Source of the DNA: a virus
Taxonomy: Duplodnaviria > Heunggongvirae > Uroviricota > Caudoviricetes
Strand: one strand, 5' to 3'
Length of the DNA stretch: 63,103 nt
Virus record (IMG/VR): IMGVR_UViG_3300023202_000102
Span: 130,700-193,802 of that record
Position numbers and translations under genes: made by a program. Every line of letters starts with the position of its first letter. Positions within the stretch are counted from its first letter, which is position 1. This document shows, piece after piece, positions 1 through 9,445 of this stretch. Below the pieces are notes generated by a model. It had not been told where the DNA came from. It saw nothing but the letters and a program-made list of their open reading frames with translations, and did no database searches.

Positions 1-866
1 AAATAGATGCTTGTGCTGAGCATTTGTGGGGAACTCAAACCAGATATGAGCGAAGAAAAAGAAAAGAGCTTGGCATAAGAAATACCAAAGAGATTCTTGA
101 GACGCTGAACGTTTCAGGAGAAAGTAATCATTCAATCCCTTTATGTGGTTTTGTTCAATATCCTAAGAAGGACCTGGATATCGATCCTTATTTGTTAGGC
201 CTTTGGCTTGGTGATGGTGATAGATATGGACGAATTGAAACGGCTGATATTGAGGTTTTGTCTAATTATGATTATAGACTTATTGAGTCATCTGTAAATC
301 ATGAAAGTTATTTTGGAAAATCCAAATCAAACTCTTACAGAGTTATCGGGCTAACTACAGCTTTAACAAAGTTAGGATTGGTTTACAATCCTGGTAAGAA
401 GCTAAAAGCACAAGGTAAAGGTTTTTATAAAAAGAGAATACCTAGGGAATACTTAGAGGCATCTGTTGAACAACGTCTGGATCTTCTTCAAGGTTTAATG
501 GATGCAGATGGGTGTTGTAACAAAGATGGCAGATGTGAGTTTGTACAATGTGATGATCGAAAAGATTTAGTAGATGATGTCCAAGAGCTTATTCATTCTC
601 TTGGAATCAAAACAGCCAGGTATAGAAAAGAGTCTTGGAGGTACAACGTAAGGTACCAAGATAAGCATTCTATTCAATTTTACACAACTCTACCTGTATT
701 TAAACTCAATCGTAAACTTCAAAATTTGAAAGTTAAACTAATAAAATCAAACAAAAGATTTATCAAGTCTATTGAGCTAATAGAACCAAAACCGATGCGA
801 TGTATAACGGTGGATTCCCCGTCACATCTTTATTTGGTAACGAGATCGTTTATTCCTACTCATAAT
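1..866 (+). mobile_element. Intein with LAGLIDADG homing endonuclease in TerL (N-terminus outside window)
   Basis: Block B-like 'ACAEHLW', HEN motifs 'LLGLWLGDG' and 'LLQGLMDADG', block F/G 'MRCITVDSPSHLYLVTRSFIPTHN'. His-Asn at 861-866 is followed by Thr at 867. More AT-rich than the extein. Confidence 0.93.
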
Positions 867-2186
867 ACCGTGGACGGAGCGCTCTTTGACGAGGTTCAGG
901 ATATGTCTGACCTTGCCATCGGTGCTGTGACTAAGATTCTTGCGCAGTCTCACTACGGAGCATCCGGTGAAGGTATGCAGGTTTATTTTGGTACACCTAA
1001 GACCAAGGGCGGTTCTTATTGGGAGATGTGGCAAAACTCATCTCAGAATTACTTCCACCTCAGGTGCGAGCGCTGTGACAAGTTCTTCCCTCTGTATCAT
1101 CCTGACAACAACTGGGAGGAGACCTGGCTGTACGGCTACATCGTCAAGTGTGGCGAGTGTAGTCATGAGCAGGAGAAGGGACAGGCCCAGGCACGAGGCA
1201 AATGGATTCCAGATAAGGATCCAGAGTTCTGTGACTATGTTGGGTACCATATCAACCAGCTTTACATTCCGAAGTTTACCAAGGAGACCATTGAGAAGGC
1301 AAAGCCAGAGAAGAACCCTATTAACACTGAGCGTATTTATATGAATGAGGTTCTTGGTGAGTTCTACGATGGTGAAGGCGCTACGATTACTGCTGAGGAG
1401 ATTAGAGAAAACTGTGCAGAGCTTGATCGTCATATGGTCAAGCGCATTGATAGAGGCATTGAGAGGCGTGTCTATGGTGGATTCGACTGGGGACAGAAGG
1501 GTGCACTTGAGCAGATGACAGGTAAGAGAAGCAAAGGCGGAACTTCTTACTCTTGTGCTGTAATTCTAACTGCTGAAGCCAATGTATTTAATATTGAGTT
1601 TGCTACAAGACTTATGCATGCAGACCCAGAGTACAAAGAAAATCATGTTAATGAAATGTTTAGAAGATACAACATGTCATTGGCTATTGGCGATATTGGT
1701 GATGCTTATGACTTAACACATAGACTGCAGAAGTCTTTTGATGAAAGGTTTTTAGCATCTAGAGCTTCTCATAGAGTAACTGGTCATGTTAAGTATTCTA
1801 AAGATGAATGGCCAAAAACTGTAGTCTTTGAAAAGGACTATTACATCTCTGAATTGTTAGGTCTTTTGAAAGAGGGAAGGATTAAATTTCCTTATGGCTC
1901 TCCAGATAGAATTAAGTGGTTGGTTGATCACTGTGCATCTATGGATGTCAAAGTAACTCTGGATAGGGCAGGAGATCCTATCAAACGGTATGTTAAAGGA
2001 GGTGGTCCAAATGATGGAATGATGGCCCTTCTCAATGCTTACCTGGCTTGGAAATTCGATGTAACTCAAGGTTTTACAATCGCTAACCCGCTTCACATGA
2101 AGTACGAGATAGCGAAAGAGCAAGCTCCTGTGCAGGCAGTTCTTGGGCATATACCTGGGATGTTCGGCAAGGGTCGAGGTCGCTGA
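3..2186 (+). CDS. terL: Terminase large subunit (GpA-like, Zn-ribbon), 5'-partial, intein-containing
   Basis: Frame is open from the window edge. After the intein: Walker B 'ALFDEVQD', 'FGTP' coupling motif, CERC/CGEC zinc ribbon, 'GYHINQL', nuclease motifs 'GGFDWG' and 'PNDGMMA'. Lies directly upstream of the portal. Confidence 0.93.
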   Translation: MDACAEHLWGTQTRYERRKRKELGIRNTKEILETLNVSGESNHSIPLCGFVQYPKKDLDIDPYLLGLWLGDGDRYGRIETADIEVLSNYDYRLIESSVNHESYFGKSKSNSYRVIGLTTALTKLGLVYNPGKKLKAQGKGFYKKRIPREYLEASVEQRLDLLQGLMDADGCCNKDGRCEFVQCDDRKDLVDDVQELIHSLGIKTARYRKESWRYNVRYQDKHSIQFYTTLPVFKLNRKLQNLKVKLIKSNKRFIKSIELIEPKPMRCITVDSPSHLYLVTRSFIPTHNTVDGALFDEVQDMSDLAIGAVTKILAQSHYGASGEGMQVYFGTPKTKGGSYWEMWQNSSQNYFHLRCERCDKFFPLYHPDNNWEETWLYGYIVKCGECSHEQEKGQAQARGKWIPDKDPEFCDYVGYHINQLYIPKFTKETIEKAKPEKNPINTERIYMNEVLGEFYDGEGATITAEEIRENCAELDRHMVKRIDRGIERRVYGGFDWGQKGALEQMTGKRSKGGTSYSCAVILTAEANVFNIEFATRLMHADPEYKENHVNEMFRRYNMSLAIGDIGDAYDLTHRLQKSFDERFLASRASHRVTGHVKYSKDEWPKTVVFEKDYYISELLGLLKEGRIKFPYGSPDRIKWLVDHCASMDVKVTLDRAGDPIKRYVKGGGPNDGMMALLNAYLAWKFDVTQGFTIANPLHMKYEIAKEQAPVQAVLGHIPGMFGKGRGR

Positions 2187-2200
2187 TATAGGAGCCTTAG

Positions 2201-4150
2201 ATGGATATCAACAATGAAAAGACCAGAGCAGAACAGCTCGTTGAACAGAATAGACAGATACGTTCTCGCTCTGATGAAATTATTGATAAGAGAGCTTCTT
2301 CGGGAGGTATACCGGAAGTGTCTAATCGTATGGCGCGATCTGTTACTGATCAACGCCGAGAGCTGATGGAACGCCAGCTTGAAAGAGGAGAGTTTAGAGA
2401 GCAGGGTTCGTCTGGTTTCAATGGTGGTTCTTCTGATCCAACTAAGATTCACATGAGACAAACTCAAGCGGGTGTAGTCGCGTCCAACTCCAAGGGTCTT
2501 TACAAGATGGCCTCAGGGGGTGGTGGAGTTGCATCCGGCCACTCTGGCGGCTGGCGTGGCTCTAACGATTCATCAAGACAGATTCCAGAAGTGTATTCAC
2601 CTCTCTGGTTGAATTCGAACCTGAATCTTCCGAGGGATAGAGCAACCATTAATGCATGGTCTCGTTCTTTCTTTGCATTGAATCCTATCGTGCATAATGC
2701 TGTAACACTTCACAGTACGTATCCAATCGCAAAACTTAATATCAAGTCAAAGAATCCAAAGGTTGAGAAGTTCTTCAACCAGATGATGGAAGAAATTGAT
2801 TTGATGAACATGTGCGTTCTCATAGCTCAGGAGTACTGGATTCTCGGAGAAGCATTTGTTTATGCCGAGCTAGATGAGTCTAAAGGATCTTGGTCAAGGC
2901 TTATGATTCTTAACCCAGATTATGTGAACGTACAGCGTTCTGTCATTGCGGCAGAGCCTATTATCTCTCTACGTCCAGATGAGAATCTAAGACGAGTAGT
3001 CTTTGGTAATCAGCCATCTGATTTGCAACAGCGTAAGCAACTTGACCCATCTATCATTGAGCACGTTCGTAGGAATGAAAATATTCCATTGAACAATTTC
3101 TATGTCTCTCACATTGCGCGAAGGATTTCACCCTATGAAATTCGCGGAACGGGTCTGATTGTATCTTGTTTCCGCGCTCTCATGCTGTGGGATAAGTATA
3201 GAGAGTCTAACTATGCTCAGGCTGATAATATGGTTAACCCACTCACCTTGGTAAAGATTGGTGATAATGAATTCAGACCATCTCCTATTGATCTTGAGCA
3301 CTTCAGAAACACATTTGAAGAAGCTCAGTACGATAAGGATTTCAAGATCTTTACTCATAATGCGGTTAATGTTGAGCGTATTGGTTATGGCCAGGGTATT
3401 CATGATACATCTAATGATGTTCAGCAGCTTATCAAAGAGATCTACATTGGTCTTATGGTACCTTCTGTTATCATGGATGGCTCTGATACCACGTATGCTA
3501 CAGGTTCTGTTGCCCTTGATGTTCTTCGTCAGAGGTATATGCAGTTCCGTCAATACATGACCTCTTGGCTGAAGAACCGTATCTTTGCTCCAATTGCTCA
3601 AATCAATGATTTTTATGAGTACGTTGATGGTGAGAAGACACTGATTGTACCAGAGGTAGATTGGAATCATATGTCTCTATTTGATATGGATTCTTATATT
3701 TCCAATATGGTTAACCTGTCTCAGGGTGAGGGAACTCAGAAACGCGTTTCTCTTCAGACAATGTACCGTTCACTTGGTCTGGAGTACGAGGAAGAACAAC
3801 GTAAGATTAAGTACGAGGATATTCAAAACGCCATCCGTGTACGTGAGATGACAGCGATGACTCGTCTTCCACTTCATGAGCTTCAGTCTCTTGGACCTGG
3901 TGATGAGATTCCAGAGATTGCTGATGAGCCAGTACCGGGTGAGTCTCCATACGAACAGCCTGGTCAGGACGCAGGCGGGGCCGGTGGTCCAGGCGGTGGC
4001 CCAGGAGCGCCAGGCGGCCCAACAATGCCAGGAGCACCTCCTCCAGGACCAATTGGAGGCGGTGGTCCAAAGCCTCCAGGCGGCGGTGGCCCACCAGGCG
4101 GCGGTGGTCTTGGTGGTCCTCCACCACCACCAGCAGCTGGTCCAATTTGA
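2201..4150 (+). CDS. Portal protein with Gly/Pro-rich C-terminal tail
   Basis: Immediately follows TerL. Portal-like motifs 'EYWILGEAF', 'LMILNPDYV', 'SPYEIRGTGL', 'IYIGLMVP'. RBS GGAG. Confidence 0.88.
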   Translation: MDINNEKTRAEQLVEQNRQIRSRSDEIIDKRASSGGIPEVSNRMARSVTDQRRELMERQLERGEFREQGSSGFNGGSSDPTKIHMRQTQAGVVASNSKGLYKMASGGGGVASGHSGGWRGSNDSSRQIPEVYSPLWLNSNLNLPRDRATINAWSRSFFALNPIVHNAVTLHSTYPIAKLNIKSKNPKVEKFFNQMMEEIDLMNMCVLIAQEYWILGEAFVYAELDESKGSWSRLMILNPDYVNVQRSVIAAEPIISLRPDENLRRVVFGNQPSDLQQRKQLDPSIIEHVRRNENIPLNNFYVSHIARRISPYEIRGTGLIVSCFRALMLWDKYRESNYAQADNMVNPLTLVKIGDNEFRPSPIDLEHFRNTFEEAQYDKDFKIFTHNAVNVERIGYGQGIHDTSNDVQQLIKEIYIGLMVPSVIMDGSDTTYATGSVALDVLRQRYMQFRQYMTSWLKNRIFAPIAQINDFYEYVDGEKTLIVPEVDWNHMSLFDMDSYISNMVNLSQGEGTQKRVSLQTMYRSLGLEYEEEQRKIKYEDIQNAIRVREMTAMTRLPLHELQSLGPGDEIPEIADEPVPGESPYEQPGQDAGGAGGPGGGPGAPGGPTMPGAPPPGPIGGGGPKPPGGGGPPGGGGLGGPPPPPAAGPI

Positions 4151-4195
4151 TAAGCTCAGCGCATATTTTGGCTTCATAAAGATAGCTGGAGGCAT

Positions 4196-5422
4196 ATGAC
4201 TGACTTTACAAAAGAGGCACAGAGCAGATCCGTTTGGAATAGGGTTACGGAATTCACTGATGTTGGTGAAAGGTTACGCCGTAGACGTAGCCCAGAGTAC
4301 GCAAAAATCATGGAGGAGTTGGTTAAGGCTGACAACCGCATGAGAGAAAAGGCAAAGCAGAACAAAAATAACATGCGTGATGCCCTGCATGATGCCCGCA
4401 TGGCTATGAAGAATCGTCAATACCCTCGGGTTATCTATCATGCTTGGCGGCTTCTCAACATTACAGATAATGTTGTTGCTGATATGTCCAAGCTGGAAAA
4501 AATCAGGGACAAGCAATTTGATAAGTTTTATGGCAAGAACCTTACACCAACTCAGAAGAAGAACCTTCATGAAGGATTGGTAGGACAGGCATCAACCCCA
4601 GCTCCAACAAAGCTTCTTACGGCCAGCACTCCAGACCCAGAGCTAATTACACAGGCTGGAATCATGCAATGGCTCAAAGAAGTTCTCCCAACTCAGCGTG
4701 AACTTCAAGGTGAGGTTCTTGATCGTATCTTCAAGAATAAAATTTCTAAGCAGCGTGAAGGTGCTAGAGATGTTCTGCGAGAAGCTGAAGGCATTTATAA
4801 AGGAATGACTGGGCTTTTCAGTAGGCTTGATGATGCTCGCACTGATTTCAACAAGTACATGGAGACGGTGTCTTCATGGAAAGAAGATTACAATGAATTT
4901 AAGACTACCCTTACCGCACTGTATAGAGAGCATTTTGATGAATTGATTCCAGAAGAGGTAAAGGCAGCTGATCCTGTTCAGGCACCAATCGAGGAGCCAG
5001 CACCTCAGGCCGAGACTGCGGGGGAAAGCACTCCCGAATCAGAGACAGTTGAAGTAACCGATGAGGAGCTTATGGAAGACTCTACACCACAGCCTCAAAC
5101 AGAAGCTGTACCAACAGTTCCTGAAACTACTCATCCGGAATCAGTGATGGAAGATCCTCATACACCTGACGATGCGGCGTATGGAGAAGAGGCACCTGAT
5201 ATTCCAATGGAACAAGAGGATACTGGTAACATAGCTGACTATGTTGTAGCAGAAAAATATACACTATCTCTTATCAGAAAGGCAGAGAAAGCCTTAGAAG
5301 AGGGTGATAAGGGAGTGGCCGTAGCGCTTCTAGCTAAGGCTTCTGAGGTTGCTGATGATCATGGCGCTGAAAAAGTGAGCGCATCTTTACTTGAAGAAGC
5401 ATTGAGGATCTCCCAGGAATGA
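4196..5422 (+). CDS. Hypothetical helical/acidic protein, probable internal head protein
   Basis: RBS GGAGG. Motifs KEAQ, LTAS, TQAG; acidic Pro-rich linker; C-terminal 'ASEVADDHGAEKVS' hairpin motif. Confidence 0.55.
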   Translation: MTDFTKEAQSRSVWNRVTEFTDVGERLRRRRSPEYAKIMEELVKADNRMREKAKQNKNNMRDALHDARMAMKNRQYPRVIYHAWRLLNITDNVVADMSKLEKIRDKQFDKFYGKNLTPTQKKNLHEGLVGQASTPAPTKLLTASTPDPELITQAGIMQWLKEVLPTQRELQGEVLDRIFKNKISKQREGARDVLREAEGIYKGMTGLFSRLDDARTDFNKYMETVSSWKEDYNEFKTTLTALYREHFDELIPEEVKAADPVQAPIEEPAPQAETAGESTPESETVEVTDEELMEDSTPQPQTEAVPTVPETTHPESVMEDPHTPDDAAYGEEAPDIPMEQEDTGNIADYVVAEKYTLSLIRKAEKALEEGDKGVAVALLAKASEVADDHGAEKVSASLLEEALRISQE

Positions 5423-6903
5423 ACCGTGAAGATCAACAAATTCTAAGACACGCAGCACTTGAGCTTATGACCGAGCCAGACATGGTTCGCGTAGCTGGAG
5501 TGCTTCAGCGTGTCAAGAATTGGTGGAAAGCTAGGTTCAATACAGAGTTTGCAAAGAACCAGGAGATGGTTGATGGTGCTTATGATGGGATGAAGGGACC
5601 GCTTGGTGATCTTATCACTAGACTTAAGGAACTTGATGGTGCTTTCAAGTCTCAAGATCCAGAAGAAGTATCTCGAATTCTTTCTGACGTTCAGGCTGCA
5701 ATCAACAAAGTTGATTCAGGAGTTGATAATCTAAAGAAGAAGATTAACAAGTATGAAGATTCTGTAAGCAAAGCAGTATCTGATCGAGGCTATCAGGGTG
5801 AAGATACTGCTGGTGACGCTGAGCAGCGTGCCCAGTGGGAAATGTTACCTGAGCAGTTTAGGAATCAGATTAAGGTGAATGTTCCAATGAACATTCCGAT
5901 CATGCAGACAGATTGGTACGGACAAAACTATAGTACAGATAATGTTACGGTAGCCTCTCAGAGTAAGCCATTTATGAAGAAGGTTCTTGTTCGTGAACTT
6001 ACAAGACAGTTGCAAGAATACCTCACCGCATCAGATATTGAACAGTTAGTAGAGCTTGGGTTTGAGGGGTTTGTAGAAAACCTCAGACAAAGCATTCTGG
6101 CAGAGAACACTATTCTTGTAAGGGTTGAACAAAGCAAGCCCAGTAAAACAGTTACCAGAAGGACCATCAATCAGATGCAGCTAGAGGTAAATCCAGGGCC
6201 AATCATTCTTCCTGCAGGGCAGCTTAAGCTACCAGTAAATCCTGGTAGTGTTTTGCTTACAGATTTGGGAACCTCTGCGCGAGGAGCGAATCATGAGTTG
6301 GTAGTGTGGGCTGTGAAGCATGTGCGCCTTTCAACAGAGGCTTATAAAATACTCCGGCAAGCCATTCAGTATCGAGAAGAGCAAGATTCGCCCATTGAGG
6401 ATACAGAGCCCAAAGATGATGTGGAAGAGCAACCCGAAGAAACACAAGAGGAGAAGGAGGTTGAAGCCTCAGGGCCAATTACTTCTTTGATAAAGCGTGC
6501 CATTCTTCGGGATATTCTGCCAACCACTCATGCTGTGGTTAAGATCTCTGGCTCATCATTCCGTAATCTCAATGAGTGGTCTGATACAATGTACCGAGAA
6601 ATGTTTGGCACTGTTCTATCAAAAGCACTGCGTCAAGAGATAGATGCGGAAGCTGCTCTTCATTCCTCTGATGGCGGTGTTGAAGTACAAGTAAAAATTG
6701 CTGGTTCTAAGATGGCATCGTTACCTGCAATTTATGGCATTTCTATGGACGTTGCCGAACGCTTCAAAAAAGCAACCATGTATGGCGCTGAGGTTGAGGT
6801 TGATGAGGGCAAGTCTAAATTACAGTTGATTGAACCAGATGCGCTTGAGAGATCTAAGCGTCAAGTAACTATTGATTGTTGGAGCGAGCGTGGTGAACAC
6901 TAA
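5419..6903 (+). CDS. Hypothetical protein, probable internal head protein
   Basis: ATGA overlap with the previous gene. Motifs RVAG, VEAS, KRA; coiled-coil N-terminal half. Confidence 0.5.
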   Translation: MNREDQQILRHAALELMTEPDMVRVAGVLQRVKNWWKARFNTEFAKNQEMVDGAYDGMKGPLGDLITRLKELDGAFKSQDPEEVSRILSDVQAAINKVDSGVDNLKKKINKYEDSVSKAVSDRGYQGEDTAGDAEQRAQWEMLPEQFRNQIKVNVPMNIPIMQTDWYGQNYSTDNVTVASQSKPFMKKVLVRELTRQLQEYLTASDIEQLVELGFEGFVENLRQSILAENTILVRVEQSKPSKTVTRRTINQMQLEVNPGPIILPAGQLKLPVNPGSVLLTDLGTSARGANHELVVWAVKHVRLSTEAYKILRQAIQYREEQDSPIEDTEPKDDVEEQPEETQEEKEVEASGPITSLIKRAILRDILPTTHAVVKISGSSFRNLNEWSDTMYREMFGTVLSKALRQEIDAEAALHSSDGGVEVQVKIAGSKMASLPAIYGISMDVAERFKKATMYGAEVEVDEGKSKLQLIEPDALERSKRQVTIDCWSERGEH

Positions 6904-6919
6904 GTTAGCAGGAGCGGAT

Positions 6920-7255
6920 GTGGATGAAAGTGCAAGCTCAGTACATATAGTTTATGAAACCATTGCCGAGGCGATAGGTCATCTATACAAAGACAAGGTT
7001 ATTCAAATCTATCTTGGAGAGTCAGGGGGTAGTACTCATTATTCAGATTTTGATATTGAACAAAAAATTTATATGGAAGGTAAGGTCTTGTGGACTAGAG
7101 GCAATGTAATCGCCCTGGAGAGTATTATTGAGACACAAGATGGAAAAACCTATCCAAAGACAGTGTTGGTAAATGCTTGGGCCGTCACATCTGTAATGGA
7201 AAAAGAAAAAGATGGCGTAGAGATTTCTATGGTCATGAAGGGAATGAGGCGGTGA
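6920..7255 (+). CDS. Small beta-rich hypothetical protein, possibly Sm/LSm-like
   Basis: GTG at 6920 after AGGAG. The pattern 'EGKVL..GNVIAL...VLVNAWAVTSV' resembles Sm1/Sm2 strands; fold is tentative. Confidence 0.4.
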   Translation: MDESASSVHIVYETIAEAIGHLYKDKVIQIYLGESGGSTHYSDFDIEQKIYMEGKVLWTRGNVIALESIIETQDGKTYPKTVLVNAWAVTSVMEKEKDGVEISMVMKGMRR

Positions 7256-7566
7256 ATTCAGTGAGTATTGAAAAGGTTTTAGCTAGTGTGTGTAAGGACT
7301 TAAGGTTGCTTGGAGATAAAGAACTAACCTCTAAGGCTTTGTGTGCCTATGCTGCCGTTACAGACACTGAAAACCCCAAGGTAGATCTTAGTTACTCTGC
7401 TGTTATGAGAGAGCTTCGTAAAGGAGAAAAGGAAAGACAAATTAAGTTCCAAAGGGTATTCAAGGATACTTTTGATAAGGCTTTGTATTCAGATTTAGAA
7501 GAGCCACAAGCAATAGCTTTAATGGAGGCAGTTAAAGCCATTGACTATAAGGAGGATGATGCCTGA
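7252..7566 (+). CDS. Small helical hypothetical head-associated protein
   Basis: GTG start overlapping the upstream stop (GTGA), RBS GAGG. Carries 'VCKDLRLLGDKEL' hairpin motif. Confidence 0.55.
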   Translation: MNSVSIEKVLASVCKDLRLLGDKELTSKALCAYAAVTDTENPKVDLSYSAVMRELRKGEKERQIKFQRVFKDTFDKALYSDLEEPQAIALMEAVKAIDYKEDDA

Positions 7567-8611
7567 TAGATTTGCACAAGTAGTTGAGGGTCTTTACAGG
7601 GGTGGGCGACCATCAGCTGAAGACCTTGCTGCGCTTCAAGATCTGTGGGGAATCAAGAAGGTTGTTAGCCTTGATGAAGAATCAGGCAAAGCTATTGAAC
7701 CTATTTGTAGAGATTTGGGATTGAAGCAAATCATCTGGGGTCTTGGTGATGGAACAGATCCTAAGGTCGCGGCCTTAAAGAGCAAGATAGTTCCGCAGCT
7801 CCTTATGGGTGGACCCACTTATGTTCACTGCTTTCATGGTAAGGACCGAACTGGAATGTGTATAGCTATGTTCCGGATTAACAATGGCTGGCCATTAGAG
7901 AAGGCTTTAAAGGAAGCAGCTTCTTTTGGTATGGGAACTAATCTTGATAGTGATGTAAGAGATTCATATTACAATGCTGTAAAAGAATTTTCTAAAGATG
8001 CAGATGTATCAGATGCAGATATTGTCTCTCAAATGAGAGAAGAGAACTCTTTTGGTATAGCGAGTCCAGCTGTAAATAATCAGAACATACCAAATTCTGA
8101 TTGGTCTATGAACTTTAATGTACCACCACATGCAGACCCAGCAGTGGGCCCATTGGATAGGGTTCTTGCTTATTCTAGAGTTTTTTGTAAATGTGATTCG
8201 TCTAAGTTATTACTGCCAAATGTTAGGTGGTGGGAGACTCAGAAGCAAGCCGAAGCAAACCCCACTGATGAGAATGGTAGGGTTTTTTCTGCAGTATTAG
8301 ATTCATCTACTAAGCTGGAGCGTTTCGATGGAAGGGTCACAGACTCACTGAGGGCTCATGCTTTGACCAAGGATATTGACGTGGCAGCATTTCGAGATGG
8401 TTCTTATTTAGTGGTGTATCCAGGCATCCTAGTAAGCATCCAGGAAGAGGATGACTCTAACGATAACGTTGGAGTAGAGGTTGGAATGCATAACAACTCG
8501 GTAGACTCTCCCTTGGCAGTTCCTGTAAGTGGTTCGGGGGTGGGGTCAGCAATACCGGCAGGCGCGGCAGCTCCAGTAACTTTGCCTTTTACTGGTCCGG
8601 GACAAGTTTAA
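7556..8611 (+). CDS. Cys-based protein tyrosine / dual-specificity phosphatase (CX5R) with C-terminal extension
   Basis: 'LYRGGRP', 'GIKKVVSL' and P-loop 'YVHCFHGKDRTG'. RBS AGGAGG; start at 7556 or 7559. Confidence 0.88.
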   Translation: MMPDRFAQVVEGLYRGGRPSAEDLAALQDLWGIKKVVSLDEESGKAIEPICRDLGLKQIIWGLGDGTDPKVAALKSKIVPQLLMGGPTYVHCFHGKDRTGMCIAMFRINNGWPLEKALKEAASFGMGTNLDSDVRDSYYNAVKEFSKDADVSDADIVSQMREENSFGIASPAVNNQNIPNSDWSMNFNVPPHADPAVGPLDRVLAYSRVFCKCDSSKLLLPNVRWWETQKQAEANPTDENGRVFSAVLDSSTKLERFDGRVTDSLRAHALTKDIDVAAFRDGSYLVVYPGILVSIQEEDDSNDNVGVEVGMHNNSVDSPLAVPVSGSGVGSAIPAGAAAPVTLPFTGPGQV

Positions 8612-8644
8612 TAGGGATAACTAGATATAGGGTAAGGGACGAAT

Positions 8645-9280
8645 ATGGTTGAGAAAAAAGCCTACTCAGTACAGATGAATTTCAATGTACCTGACTCAGA
8701 GAAGCAGGTAGCAGAGAAGGCATCTGAACATTTTGAGCAATTATTGTCCCAGATGCAGGAGGCGTCTGAGTATTTAGACCTGATTTATGTACCTTTTCAG
8801 AAACGTCAGAACGTTGATATGGAGATGATTACAGATTATCGAAAGACGTTCCGTCAGTACAAAGACAGGGTAAAATCAAAGTTTTCTAAAATCATTCGCA
8901 GGGCTTATCAAGGGGTAGCGCTGATGAATGAGTTCGGTATTGATACGGCCACCGAAGAGCTAATGGATTCTTTTATTGGATCCGTAAGAGAATTAGAGAA
9001 GTATATTGATACATTTGTGTCAATATTTTCGAATCTAAATAGTCCGGAGTTTAGAAACCATCTCGTTTCAACAATTGAATCTATCAAAAAACAACTGAAT
9101 CAGATTAGACAATTGCTAAATGATAGGGTTTTAGAACACATAGACAGTAATATTTTGGCAAAGAATTGGGCCAACGATATTTCCGAGCATTCAGAAAACC
9201 CAATACAAGAACGGGTACCCTTGGTTGTTCAGCTTTTTAAGGAACGACAGAAAGCGTTACAAAGCGAACCAAAGGGCTGA
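8645..9280 (+). CDS. Helical-bundle hypothetical protein
   Basis: 211 aa, heptad-rich, N-terminal KKAY motif. Confidence 0.55.
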   Translation: MVEKKAYSVQMNFNVPDSEKQVAEKASEHFEQLLSQMQEASEYLDLIYVPFQKRQNVDMEMITDYRKTFRQYKDRVKSKFSKIIRRAYQGVALMNEFGIDTATEELMDSFIGSVRELEKYIDTFVSIFSNLNSPEFRNHLVSTIESIKKQLNQIRQLLNDRVLEHIDSNILAKNWANDISEHSENPIQERVPLVVQLFKERQKALQSEPKG

Positions 9281-9289
9281 GGAGATAAC

Positions 9290-9445
9290 ATGGGATTTGT
9301 TAAAAAAGGTGACGCAGAAATCATTGGTGTCGTAGATCCTGATAAGACTAAGGAAGACGACAAGAGGAAGGAAGCTTTGTCCGCAGCGATGAACGAGGCG
9401 ACGGAATCTAAGAAGGCTGATGATAAAAAGGCGAAGGAGAGCTAA
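9290..9445 (+). CDS. 51-aa charged protein (absent from the ORF track)
   Basis: RBS GAGGAG, ATG at 9290, MGFVKKGDAEIIGVVD...KAKES. Its TAA overlaps the protease ATG. Confidence 0.7.
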   Translation: MGFVKKGDAEIIGVVDPDKTKEDDKRKEALSAAMNEATESKKADDKKAKES

